Assembly (NCBI GenBank): GCA_900088475.1
Contig: FLMG01004130.1
Span: 38,908-102,907, forward strand
DNA: 64,000 bases
From: Hyphochytrium catenoides
Lineage: Eukaryota > Protista > Hyphochytriomycota
Direction of reading: 5' to 3'
A program made the translations under genes and the position numbers. Every line of letters begins with the position of its first letter. The stretch's first letter is position 1. The notes under the pieces are model-generated. The model worked only from the letters and a program-made list of their open reading frames with translations, searched no databases and was not told the origin of the DNA. Shown here one piece after another: positions 12,610-24,040 of the stretch.

Positions 12610-15600
12610 ATGCCTGCCCAAGTCCACGCTCCATCCTCCTTCAACGAAGAGAGCGAGGGAGATAGAGACTCAGAAAGAGAAAGAGAGAGAGAACCGAAGG
12701 GAGAGAGAATTGAAGAGACACAAAGAGAGAGAGGAGCTTGGAGAGAAAGAGACTGTGAGTTAGGTCACAAAGAGAAAGCACTGACTGACGCTGTGGCTAA
12801 GGCTGCTATCGCCTGCTATGAAGAGGTGGTTCCTGCCAGGTGTCAGCCGAAAGGAGGAGAGTGGACGGTGCTAGCCGCCATCGTTGCCGTGAGAGAGAGA
12901 GACGAAGAGAGAGAGAGACAACAGAATGGTTCAGGAGAGAAAGAGATGGTCGTTCTCTCTCTTGGGACAGGCACAAAGTGCCTTGGGATATCCTCAAAGA
13001 GGCGAGACGGCTCGGTGCTCAATGACTCTCACGCGGAGGTCATCGCTTGTAGGGCCTTCAGAAGGTACGCCACGTTTAGAGAATAGGAGAGAAATAACGA
13101 GAGAGCGAGAGAGAGCGAGGGAGAGAAAGAGGCAGAGAGCGTCCACTGTGCGTCCGAAAGGAATGAACAATGGAGAGACAAGGGGAGAGTGCGAAGGGAG
13201 ACAGAGATGGTGAGATTAGAAAGAGAGAGAAGAGAGACAGAGAGTGGAGAAGTGGTTGGACCTCAACAAAGCGAGAAAGAGAGAGGAAGGATGAAACTGA
13301 GAGAACACAGTGGTACGGACCCATAGGTGGATAGGACATTTAGAAAGAGAGGAAAGAAGGAGAGAGACAGAGAAACAAAGACAGACTGCGAAGGGAGAAG
13401 GATAAAATCACCAGGTTGCTAAGTGTCCGCGCTGCTCTAGGCTCCTCTTTCAAGAGGTTCACAATCACATAGAAGACGCGGTAAAGAACGAAGCTCACGG
13501 AGCAGAGAGAGAAGAGAGAGAGCATTGGGGACAAACTCCAACGGCTTTTTCTCTTCTTGAAACTGCAGACAAGGTTGGAGACCGTCTCTTCTTTCGTCTT
13601 AGAAAAGAAGTGAAGCTCTATCTTTACATTAGCGATGCGCCCTGTGGCGATGCTTCCATTTATGGCCTGAGTGGCCCGATGCAGAGCAGGTGAGATAGAC
13701 ACAAACCTCATGAAAGAGAAAGAGAGAGACAGGAGTTCAAAGAGACGAAGTCACAAGAAAGTTAGAGGAGAGAAAGACAGTCGAAGAAAGATATATGACG
13801 CCTTTTGAGAAAAAGAGAGTAGATAGATAGATAGATAGAGAGAGAGGTAATGAGAGAGAGAGAGAGAGAGAAAGAAAGAGAAGAAGCCTCGGTAAGAAGA
13901 GAAAATTGCTTCATTCCTGACTTTAGTTGTTTACGTTTTCCGCTTAGTACCGCCGTCCAGTCCCTGCCGCCAGAGATGAAGTTCACGGGGGCCAAAGTCG
14001 TGGTACCAGGAGAGAAAAAGCTCTCTCTCTCCTCCCCTTCTCTCTCAACGGCTGCTCAGGGGCTGCAGATAACCCGCGAGGGGGTTCAGACCACAGGCAT
14101 AGCAAGAATCAAGGCCAGCAGGAGTGATCTCAGGCCAGAGCAGAGGACCACATCCATGTCCTGCAGTGACAAGATAGCGCTGTAAGTCTCCCGAGTCCTC
14201 TCGGGGGCTTAAGCTTCTCTCTGTCTCTCTCTTTTCCTGGTTCTTCTCTCTCTCTCTTTCTTCCGCCTTCTTCTCTTTCTTCCCACGGGTTGTCCTTCTA
14301 TACATCTTCCGCAACCCTAATTATGCTGACCTGCATATATCTCCTCGAAGCCCGAAAACCCTTAGTCTCCTTTGGGACACCATCTCGTTTTCTCTCCCTC
14401 TGACTTCCTTTCTCTTTCCTACCGAGTCTGAAGTGCGAGCCAGATGCCCTGCTCTCTTCTCTCTCTCGTCCTGTCACTCTTTTTCTCTCTCTCTCTACTA
14501 TCTCGGTAACTCTTCGTCCACTATTCACTCGTATGTCCACACAGCACCATTTCCCTCACTCTCTCTCTCCGCCTCCGCTATCTGTGGTTGTCTCTCTCTC
14601 TTTCTCTGTGTCAGATGGTCCGTCGTGGGTCTTCAGGGTGCCCTCCTCTCTCAGTTCGTAGCTCCTGTTTACTTGCACGGCGTCATCGTCAGCCAAGATC
14701 CTTTAGCAGCTTCTGAAGCCATGGAGACTGCACTAGAGAGAGCGCTGATCAAGCGCCTCACTCCCTCTTCCTTCTCAGAAGAGAACCAAAAAGACCTCTG
14801 GGCTTCACTCTCTCCCACTCTCTCTCATGTAGCTGTGTCCTCGCACATGTTCCTGAGCTCTAAGGCGCTCATCACTCGAGATGACGATATGGAAATGAAC
14901 AAGGAAGAGACAGGAAAGAAAAGAAAGAAGTTCTTTCCTTCAGGTGCCTCTATCAATTGGATCTCTTCTCTCTCTAACTGCCGCTCCTCGCCCCTCGCTG
15001 ACGGTAACAAAAGAAGAAAAGTTGACACTCTCCCCCGTCTTGAGGTGACAAGTGGCTCTATTGGGCTGAAGCAGGTCAGTTTGAATGATCGAGGCACTCT
15101 ACTCGCTCAAGAAAAGCATACACTTTCTATGCTTTACATCCTTCTTCTCACTAATCCTGGACCTCTCTCTCTCTCTCTCTGTCTCAACCTCTACCTTCCT
15201 TTCCTTTTTCTCTGAGGCAGTCTTCTGTTCCTATTCGAACGCCAGTACACTTCTAACCTCTCTTTCTTGCTTTAGTTAATTGCTCTGATCTCAGTCACCT
15301 GCATCCTTGATACCTTTGTCTCTCTCATATCTTGCCGTATCCATCGATTGTTTGTTGTCAGGGAGCAAGCAAACAGTCCACGGGACTGTCAGTCCAGTCT
15401 CGGCTGTGCAAAGCTTCCTTTCTTCGCCTCTACAATGAGCTTCTGTCTCTCCTAAACCCAGAGGGGGAAGAAGCGAAGAGCAAGAGCCCCAGAGAGGAGA
15501 AGACAAAGGGTGGAAAGACATACAGAGAAAGGAAAGAAGCGGCTCAGCGGCACTATCGGGAGAGAAAGGCGATGGCGCTTGAGCTATTTCCTGCTTTTCA

Positions 15601-15658
15601 GGGCTGGTGCCGCTCCTCTGCTGAATATGAGCAGTTCACCAAAAGATCACCAGAATGA
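12610..15658 (+). CDS. ADAT1: tRNA-specific adenosine deaminase 1 (ADAT1/Tad1; A_deamin domain, no dsRBD seen); exons ~12610-13064, 13441-13689, 13948-14181, 14615-15074, 15362-15658
   Basis: EWTVLAAIV; VLSLGTGTKCLG; VLNDSHAEVIACRAFRR (Zn-binding His, catalytic Glu); [54 protein letters not shown]; FQGW. The start codon is uncertain. Confidence 0.9.
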
Positions 15659-16703
15659 GGTTCTTGTTGGTCTCTCTTTCTGCCTTCCTCTCTCACTGTT
15701 GGGCGCTATCTCTTCCGTGGGCGTGTCTCTTCCGTCAGCTTCTCTCGGGACTTTGGAACCTACGAGGTCAAAGGAAGCTTTTGCCCTACTTCACAGCAAA
15801 AGGCAAGCTATCCTGAGATTGTAGGCACTCTCTCCCTTAGTCTCTCCTCAAGAGCAGGTGGTAGGAGGAAAGAAGAAGAAACAGAAGCTCCTCTCTGTCC
15901 ACATGTCCCCTCGCTATCCATTTATCTCTTTCTTCTACGTTCTTTGTTCTCTTTATCCGTCTTCATTCCCCCTTCTTCTCTGTCCATTCATCCTCTCCAT
16001 GCTGCCTTTCTCTCTCTTCCTCCCTCTCCTTTCTCTCTTTCGGTAGGTGTTATTTATGAGAGAGATGTCGGTCTTTGATTCTTTGTTACTCTCCTGGGCT
16101 CCTCTGCCCGACTGGGTGTGGGCAGCTGTGGTCCCGTGCGGATGATGGTCGTTATCCCTCCAAGACCCATGGATAGCTTACTTCCTCTATCCGCTCTTGG
16201 AAGTCATACTTCAACAATTTCTCCACACCAAGCGCCCCTCTCACTCTCTCCTCTCTCTCCCACACTCTCTCTGTGTGTGTGTCTACGTTCCTGCTCTTTC
16301 TTTCCCTCACTCAATGCTCTTTTCCGTCCTCTTTCTCCTCCAACGACGGCCTTGCCTGTCTACTCTCCAGCTTTCTCTCGTAACTGTCTCTCCGTTGCGT
16401 CTTTCTCCAGGAATGTGGGTCACTCTCTTCCATCGTAGGGATTACCTTTCTGTAGGTCAAACCAGTGCGGTGACCACAGTTCTACGGGCTCTCATCTACT
16501 GCTCCAGCGTCCACAGGGCTGCCACATTCTCCTTGACTCTCTCCAAGAAGTACTGACGGAGAAAGGAAGGCTAGAAAGGAGGTGAAGACGGGAGAGACTG
16601 AGAACGCCAGAAGAAGAAGAGAGAGAGAGAGAGGAGACGCCAATTGGCTTTCGTCGGGCCCTTGCAGCTATCTTTCGCACCCTCTTCCCCCGTCTCTCGG
16701 GTC

Positions 16704-18050
16704 ATGAGCGACCAACAAGAAGTGCTGGTAGTCCATGATCACTGCGACCTACAGCAGAGAAAGGACATAAAAGATCAGCAATCTGCAGTTACGAAGCAGC
16801 ACCAGTTCTGCTTGAAGAAGAATACACAGAGAGAGCAACGAGAAGACTGTGGATCTCAAGAGAGAGAGAGAGTGTGCGCGTGTGAGAGAGCAACTATGAC
16901 AGGAAATAAGGTTTCTGTAGTCTAACTGACTGGCAATGGGAACCTGCGCTGCACCTCCAGAGAGAGAAGATGTGAATGCATCCAAAAGGGCTCTGAGGCT
17001 CTTTTCCTAGATGGAGGAGATATGAATGATGATGATAGATGATAGGACAGAGAGAGAACAAAGGGAGATAGATTGACAATCAAAGGGGAGAAGAAGAGAT
17101 AGGGGAGAGAGAGAGCTGTAAGAGAGAGAAGAGAGAGAGAGAGGGAAAGAGAGAGGTAGGAAAGAGAGAAGAGTGAGAGAGAGAGAGAGAGAGACAGGAG
17201 AGAGAGATGATGCTTCTTGTTCATGGAAGATGACCAATAGGTTTCAATCTTCGATAGCTTCACATCGGCTCAATTGTTTCATAGCGATATAACCTTGCAT
17301 TCTATTTCTTTCTTTTCCTTCAGTGAAATGTATCCATCAGCCATCAGAGATAGGAATCCTTAAATGCCGAGCTCACTCTCTTTCTCTGCTGGTTCTCCTT
17401 TCTCTTTTCATCTCTCTCTCTCTCTCTCTCTCGCCTTTTCTCTTTCTCAGGCTTTCTCCCATCCTGTCACTTTCTCTCTCTTTCTCTGTTNNNNNNNNNN
17501 NNNNNNNNNNNNNNNNNNNNNNNNNNNNNNNNNNNNNNNNNNNNNNNNNNNNNNNNNNNNNNNNNNNNNNNNNCACTATCTTTCTCTCTCCAACGTCGTA
17601 GATGCAGAGAGATATTGCAGTTGAAGAACTGCTGAAAGATGTCCAAACCCGTGCAATGTCTTCCCACGTCTTTAAGGTATGTCCAAGGATATTCCTATCT
17701 AGTTTCTTCACTCTCCGTCGTTCCCTTGTGATCTCTCTCTCTCTCCCTACCTTTGTCTGTTGGCCTATAAAGTTAGAAGCTTTTAGCGAGATAGAAAGTG
17801 AGAGACCAGTGACTCTCTTCTCTTCTTATCCATTGTCCCACCCCATGGATCTTCATTACTGGGAAGGTCTCTCTCTCTCTGTGTGTCTCTCTCTTCCTCC
17901 TTCTCTCTGTCTATTCCTGTCTCTGTCTATCTGTCTCTCAATCTCTCTCTCTCATCTTGGGGTGATGCATAGTATCTCGCCGTGTCACAGTTGATGCAAA
18001 GTCCAAAGCGCTTCTGCCTCAACGAACAGGACAGTTGCAGGGAGAGATGA
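16704..18050 (+). CDS. possible small hypothetical spliced gene (exons 16704-16910, 17602-17676, 17991-18050)
   Basis: Three non-repetitive islands bounded by AG/GT join in phase 0 (…MTGNK|MQRDIAVEELLKDVQTRAMSSHVFK|LMQSPKRFCLNEQDSCRER*). No recognisable domain, and an N gap lies in the first intron. Confidence 0.2.
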
Positions 18051-18700
18051 CGAGGAACCATGTTGATGCTTTTAGCCACAATCTCTCTCTCTCTGTCTCT
18101 CTCTCTCTCTCTGTCTCCCTTTTCTCTAGCCCCTCTTCAGTCGCTCTCTCCCTCAATCTCTCTAAATCTTTTGTTCTTGGCCTTTCTCCTCCCTGGCTCT
18201 TCTTCTCCCTTCAGTTCCCTCCTGTTCAGTCCGTTGTGGTTCCCACCCCGATCATCTGACGCTTCCATGACAGCGCGAATGGAGATTCTGCTGTCTGATG
18301 ACGCGGGCGACGAGAGCCGCAGACCGATCCAGAGAGAAGNNNNNNNNNNNNNNNNNNNNNNNNNNNNNNNNNNNNNNNNNNNNNNNNNNNNNNNNNNNNN
18401 NNNNNNNTTCTCCTCCTTTTACTTCTCTCTCTCTCTCGCTCATCTCTCTCTTCTCTATTCCTCTTGATCCCTCATGTGCCTTTCCACTATAAATCTTGAG
18501 ATCTTGGAACACTCTGTCTCTTTTCTCTCCCAACAACTGCGATTGGGAAGAGAAGAAGGCTAGCTTCAATCAGTCATTTCCTTATTTTCCAGGTCCAGAC
18601 AACTCTTTCCTCCTCCCCCACAAACGGAGACTCTCTTCTGCTGTCAAGAGACGGAGAAGCAGAAGCGGAAAATCTACACGCGCTATCACCTCGCGGCAAG

Positions 18701-19774
18701 ATGACGGCCTACCGCCAGACAGAAGACGAGGCTCGGCCCCTCCATCGCCAAGAAGTTAGCCTGGAGGAAGGAGAGAGAGTCCAGGGAAACAAGAGCACTG
18801 TGTCTCTTTCTCGCCGCCGCTCTTCCGTCCTTCAAGCTGGCGCCTTGTTGGTTGCGTGCTTTGTGGCAGTAGCGCTCTACGTTGGCACATCCTTCTCTGC
18901 TTCCTCTTCCGTTATCTCTTCCTCCTCCACTGCTCTGACCAGCAGCAGCCACCGCCATCTCGGTCTCTTCCCCAGCTTTGAGTTCCCTAAGATCCTTCCT
19001 GATCCTGTTATTAACGATGTGAAGGTCATCTCAGGGACGAAAGACACGCTGACTGTTCTCTCTCCTACCACCATGAAGAGTCCTCTCCCTTTCCCCATCC
19101 CATTGTTCGGCAAGGACCTCATCTTTGACATTCTCTATGACGGTGTCAAGGTAGGAAATGGCAGAATCCCTGACTTCGTACTCAAGGCCGGCTCCTTCGA
19201 CGTGGACGCAACAGTGGAGATGTCTCCCTCTTTGGCAGAAGAGAGGGAGAAAGTGGACGAAGTGCTCGAGAGACACGCCAACCGGCTGCCTTCTAACATT
19301 ACTATGGCAAATCTCCGCACTGATCCGCCTTCTCTTCTTCTCAATGGCGCTCTGAAGCTTCTCAAGCTCAACTCTGTCTTGCCTCCGCTTAGCGAGCTTC
19401 TCATCAGGAAGATTAATATGCAGATTTCCTTCAGTAGCCTGCCCAAGGTGCCTACCTCTGTCGACATGTTCAACCCCTTCGATGTCCCGATCACCATCAC
19501 TTACCTGGCAAGCAATGTCTCAGCCAAGGGATCGCCTATTGGAGCGCTAGCGCAGGAGACAAACATTCTTCTACCTCCAAAGCAGGTCTCTACTTCTCCT
19601 GCCATGGATGCGACGGCTGTCTTGAGCGGAAATGCAATCAATATCATCGCTCAGCTGGCCGCGGGCAAGCTGAATGTCACTGTGGCCTCAGAGATGAAGC
19701 TGAAGGTGCAGGAGTTCCCAACTTCCATGACATACCCTCAGGACAACGTACCTGTGGCTGTAAAGATGGGCTAG
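18701..19774 (+). CDS. single-exon type II membrane protein with two LEA_2/DUF3712-like beta-sandwich repeats
   Basis: 357-aa ORF. TM segment GALLVACFVAVALYVGTSF after a basic RRR, Ser-rich linker, repeat 1 (SPLPFPIPLFGKDLIFDILYDGVKVG), repeat 2 (VDMFNPFDVPITITYLASNVSAKGSPIG; NPxxxxI..G motif typical of LEA_2/WHy). Confidence 0.7.
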   Translation: MTAYRQTEDEARPLHRQEVSLEEGERVQGNKSTVSLSRRRSSVLQAGALLVACFVAVALYVGTSFSASSSVISSSSTALTSSSHRHLGLFPSFEFPKILPDPVINDVKVISGTKDTLTVLSPTTMKSPLPFPIPLFGKDLIFDILYDGVKVGNGRIPDFVLKAGSFDVDATVEMSPSLAEEREKVDEVLERHANRLPSNITMANLRTDPPSLLLNGALKLLKLNSVLPPLSELLIRKINMQISFSSLPKVPTSVDMFNPFDVPITITYLASNVSAKGSPIGALAQETNILLPPKQVSTSPAMDATAVLSGNAINIIAQLAAGKLNVTVASEMKLKVQEFPTSMTYPQDNVPVAVKMG

Positions 19775-20734
19775 ACTGCTCTTTCTCTCCCTCTCTCTCT
19801 CTCAACATTTTCTCTCTGCTCTCAACGTCGCCTGTTGTCGTCTTCCGTTTTTCTAAAGAATTAATAAGTGAATGAGAATTATTCGTCTGTATGCACCCTT
19901 GCTCGCTGGTCAGTCCCTAGAGGTTGACCTGTGTGGTTATCCAGTTCATGTGTGGGTCTGGTGCTGTTGGTGTCAGGACTCCTCTTTCTCTGCTTCAGAC
20001 ATGAGTGAGTTGCGGCACCGCCAAAGTCTTCTCACTTTATAAAGAATATGCGGGAGAGGAGGTGATGGTAGGATGGTGGTTAGCGTCAAAAGAGTGCGCT
20101 GCTTAGGGTTAGTTGCGTCTAATGGTCTGACGGATGGATGAAGAAGAAGGAGGACTTTGCAAGAGGATTGGGGTTTATGGACAAGTGGATGCTAATGTAT
20201 ACATATCTGTATGCTTCTGTCCTCGGGGCTGTGACACCTTCTTCTCTTTCTTCTTCTTATGACTCCCACCAGCTCTCCCAACCTCCAGATTCATCTTGTC
20301 CCAAGACTATGCGACTGTTTGTATCGAGTTCTTGTCCTTTCGCTCTTCTCCTGGTCGGTGCGCAGTGAACGCAGATGCGGGAACGCTAGGGCATGAGTAC
20401 CTGCAGCCGAAGTCTTCATTTCCTCCTTTAGTTGCGACAAAACTGCAGGACAGAGCACTTCTCTGTCTCTATATATCCGCACACAGACAGATGCTGTCAG
20501 TAGTAGGCCGATGACTACCTAGCCTATCTAGCTACGAATCCCGGATGAGTAACCGTGGGTCAAGGATAAGCTAAGGAGTCGGATGACAAGTCACCGCTAC
20601 CTTACATTTTCTAGGTTGATACGAGGCGTTGATAGTGGAGGACGACTAACAAGGTAACAGCTAAGAAGCTGGATCTCCTCCAGGCGTGCTGAGACCACTG
20701 CTGCAGTGGTAGGAAGAGGAGCAATGCCATCTTC

Positions 20735-21160
20735 ATTTACCTTTAGGTAAGGCTTGAGGTGCTTCACGTGCACCGGTACTTGGCGTTACTCTTGTTGATT
20801 GAACTCTGTTGCCAGTACGCCATAAGCTCCCTCATCGGCTAGAAGACGGAAGCATAGCCGCTTGGTCCATTCCTCACTACCTCATAAGGACCATGCCATA
20901 GAGTGCCAAGCTTTAGAGGATGCTTCCAACGTAGTGATAATGTCCTTTAGCCTCTCGCCAAATGGATATAACTGACACCACCTTGCGACGGTTGAACTGA
21001 TCCTTCAGGTCTGGATACATAGCTGGCAGCCAAAACCTTGTCCTCAACTTGTCTTAGCTCTTCTTCAGCCCTAAGTGTCCGCCTACATAGGGAGCATCAC
21101 GAAGCTTCTTGATTTGCATAGGACGAAGAATAGCCGGATATAGAGCCTCAGTCTCCCCCT
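20735..21160 (-). mobile_element. Ty3/Gypsy integrase remnant (Zn-binding N-terminal and GPY/F C-terminal pieces; catalytic core deleted)
   Basis: Minus-strand translation gives PAILRPMQIKKLRDAPYVGGHLGLKKS*DKLRTRFWLPAMYPDLK, then KLGTLWHGPYEVV and VPVHVKHLKPY. Stops and frameshifts present. Confidence 0.75.
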
Positions 21161-21569
21161 CACTGGGTAAGTGACAGAGATTGATTGCTGTCGCCACATC
21201 GTTAGTCGTTAATGGTGCCTCAGCGGCGTTGAAGGAGAGTGAGAGTGAGATGGGGAGAAGAGAGGTGCCGCCGCTCCTGCTACGGCCGCCACCGTAGCGC
21301 TGCTTTTGCCGCCTCTAGGTTAAAGATCCCCACCATCATTCGTTTCCCCCCCCGTAACAGAACTGCCTGATGAGGTAAGGAGCGCAGTTGACCTTTCAGC
21401 TCCAGCGTCAAAGTTCGGCTAGCGGGTGCAGTGAACGGGAAGGAGGAGGTTCATTAGCGTCAGTGCTATCTTTAGTCTCTCCCATAAGGTCATCATGCTG
21501 TATGGCTTTGGCACGCTTGAGTCGAAGTCTAGGTCTAGGGCACACGGTCTGACAGAGATGCCGGCTTAT

Positions 21570-22320
21570 TCACCACTATGGACCTAGACATACCTAGTCG
21601 AGGATTTCTCTCAGGTTCCGATCAGCCAGAAGGAAGGAGAGACGTTTTCATTTGTGACCAGAGACGGAGTGTATAGATCCGTCAGATTGCCACAAGGAGC
21701 TAACATTAGTCCCAACGATCATGGACATCACCTTCAACGGGATCCGATTCCAGCTCGTGATCTGTTACATCGAGGATGTCCTTACCTACTCTACGCTCCT
21801 CGAGGAGCACGTAGCACACGTGAGGACCGTAGTGGAGAGGCTGCGGGCCGCTGGCCTTAAGGTGAGGCTTGCCCAGCGCCTTCGCCCCAAAGCACGGTGA
21901 AGTATGTAGGCCATGTCGTCTTCAAGGAAGGTTGCAACCTTAAAACGATAAGGTCGATCCTGACAGATCAGACCTTCCTGGGAAATGGTTGGCTAGTATC
22001 GCCGATTTGTTCTGCTTGAAGAGAGATTCGTAAGCCTCTTATGGAGCTGCTGAAGAAGGAGGTGAACTTCGTGTGGACAGACAAGTGTCAGCAAGCCTTT
22101 GACGCGCTCAAGCGGGCTCTAGCCACGTCACCATATCTACGAGCACCAGAAAGTGATCGACAGTTCATAGTACACATGGATGGCAGCAAGTACGCAATCG
22201 CTGCAGTGCGATCACAGCTGGACGAAGACGGCGAAGAGCATCCTATCGGATTCTATTCGAAGGCACTCTCAACGCTATACGGCACCACCGAAAGGCAGCA
22301 AAGTTGTTGTGGCAAGGGCT
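21570..22320 (+). mobile_element. Ty3/Gypsy reverse transcriptase-RNase H remnant (pseudogenised)
   Basis: VTRDGVYRSVRLPQG; CYIEDVLTYSTLLEEHVAHVRTVVERLRAAGLKV (YIDD changed to YIED at 21766-21777); VKYVGHVV; TFLG..YRRFV; LLKKEVNFVWTDKCQQAFDALKRALATSPYLRAP..FIVHMDGSKYAIAAV..EHPIGFYSKAL. Multiple frameshifts. Confidence 0.9.
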
Positions 22321-23125
22321 CCTGACCCCACAAGAGTATCGCACTTGTGATGCACAGAAAAGAGTCAAGGACTGGGACTCTTGGAAGGCCTTGGTGCAGC
22401 AGGGCAGGCGGACGAGATGGCGCGTGCTCCTGAGAGACAGGAGAAAAGAAGGAACGCTGGCAGATAGAACCCAGAGTGAAGGAGAAGCGTCTCACAGCGA
22501 GGTGACGACACAAATGCAAGGAGTAGCAAGAAGAGCAAGACAGACGGGGGCCGCTACTTCCCTAAGATGTGCCGTTACTACTATGCTCATCCGCTGAGCT
22601 AGAGAGAACGCGCACAAATGGGACTCGACCTTGTAGAGCGATGCAGCTCCCATCCTCATCTTGCCACCCCTTGGGTCGTGTCGGCATCCTCCCTGTGGCA
22701 CTTCTCCTTGATTCTGGATTAAATCTGCCCACGTTCCTCCTTTTCTCCCTGTCTCTCAGGAGTACGCGTTCCTCCTTTTCTCCCTGTCTCTCAGGAGCAC
22801 GCGTGTCATCAGAGGTCCTCGTCCGCCTGCCCTGCTGCACCAAGGCCTTCCAAGAGTTCCAGTGCTTGACTCTTTTCTGAGCATCACAAGTGCGATAGTC
22901 TTGTGGGATCAGGAATCCTTGGCACAGTAACTTGGCTGCTTTCCGTAGTGCCGTATAGCATTGAGAGTACCTTCAAATAGAATCCGACAGGATGCTCTTC
23001 GCCGTCTTCGTCAAGCTGTGATGGCACTGCAGCAACCACATACTTGGTGCCGGTGCCATCGGTTTGAAGTATGAACTGCCGTTCAAAGTCTGGTTGCTCG
23101 TCGCTTTGGTGCCGTGGCTAGAGCG
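22115..23125. repeat. long imperfect inverted repeat (arms ~22115-22530 and ~22660-23125) made from the retroelement RNase H region
   Basis: gacgaagacggcgaagagcatcctatcggattctattcgaaggcactctcaacgctatacggcac (~22221-22285) is the near reverse complement of gtgccgtatagcattgagagtaccttcaaatagaatccgacaggatgctcttcgccgtcttcgtc (~22948-23012). ttggaaggccttggtgcagcagggcaggcggacgag (22381-22416) pairs exactly with ctcgtccgcctgccctgctgcaccaaggccttccaa (~22818-22853). Confidence 0.95.
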
Positions 23126-24040
23126 AGTGATGCTATCTTATTTTGATCACCGAACAGAACCTTATGCAAAGCTTCCATGTACAACTTCACCTGTCTGCTG
23201 GGTAAAGAATTGTCCCTCGAATAGTCGCAGTGGGAGGAGCTTCTATGTAAGAACTTTGTCATTGACGATCTCCAGATCTCTCCAGATCAGTCTCTGAAGT
23301 GTTTAGAAAATGCAAATCTCTGAATACTGGACGGATACCTCGACCCGCTAACGGCATGAAACCTATTGCATCTGGGCAACCTGGTTATTTAGTAATGAAT
23401 CTTTCAGAGTACTGTTACGTGCTTTATCTATAAATTGTAGCATATGAAAGATTGAGTGATACCTTTGAAGCATTTGAAAGAATGGGTCCCATTGCTAACA
23501 TGGGCTTTGTGGGTGGCTGAGGAAGAAGCTTCAGATCTTTACTTTTTAGCGTGAGAGTAATCTTCGAGAGGAAAAGAGCTCATCGGATGGCAAGCACTGG
23601 GAAGACGGAGAAAGACAAAGAGAGGTCAAGAAGTAGAAGAGTTACAGAGAGAGATAAAGTGAGAGGGAGAGCACGCCTCTTGAACTATCTATGAGAAGAT
23701 AAAGCTAAGTCAAGAATGTGCAGAAGCTGAGAGAGATTTGCAGAGGCACGTCGAAGGTATGAGCTATTCTTAGGAGAGACACTTCTTTCTGAAGGAGAGG
23801 TCAACGGTGCTCTTCTAGCGCAAAGAGAGAGACCCTGTCAGCAGACCCTGACAATGTCCTCGTTGAGCTCAGTGCTCTGGGATTGCCCACTTCTGCGTGG
23901 GTTCTTTTTCTCTCTCTGAGCAAGAAGTGGCCCGCGGGTGAATGCTCACTCTTGTCTCCCTTCGTACCAACGCCAACCCTCTCTCCCATATTCTCTCTCT
24001 CCCTCTTTGGCCCTAGTCACACCCGTCGTATTTTCCGACG

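Noticed and set aside
12610-15658. ADAR-type mRNA editing enzyme acting with the eIF2-alpha kinase as a PKR/ADAR-like dsRNA system
   Set aside because: No dsRNA-binding domain is visible in either protein and the deaminase motifs fit ADAT1/Tad1. Adjacency alone is not evidence.
21340-21360. ccccgtaaca as an LTR terminus (TGTTAC…GTAACA type)
   Set aside because: I could not find a second LTR copy, primer-binding site or target-site duplication.
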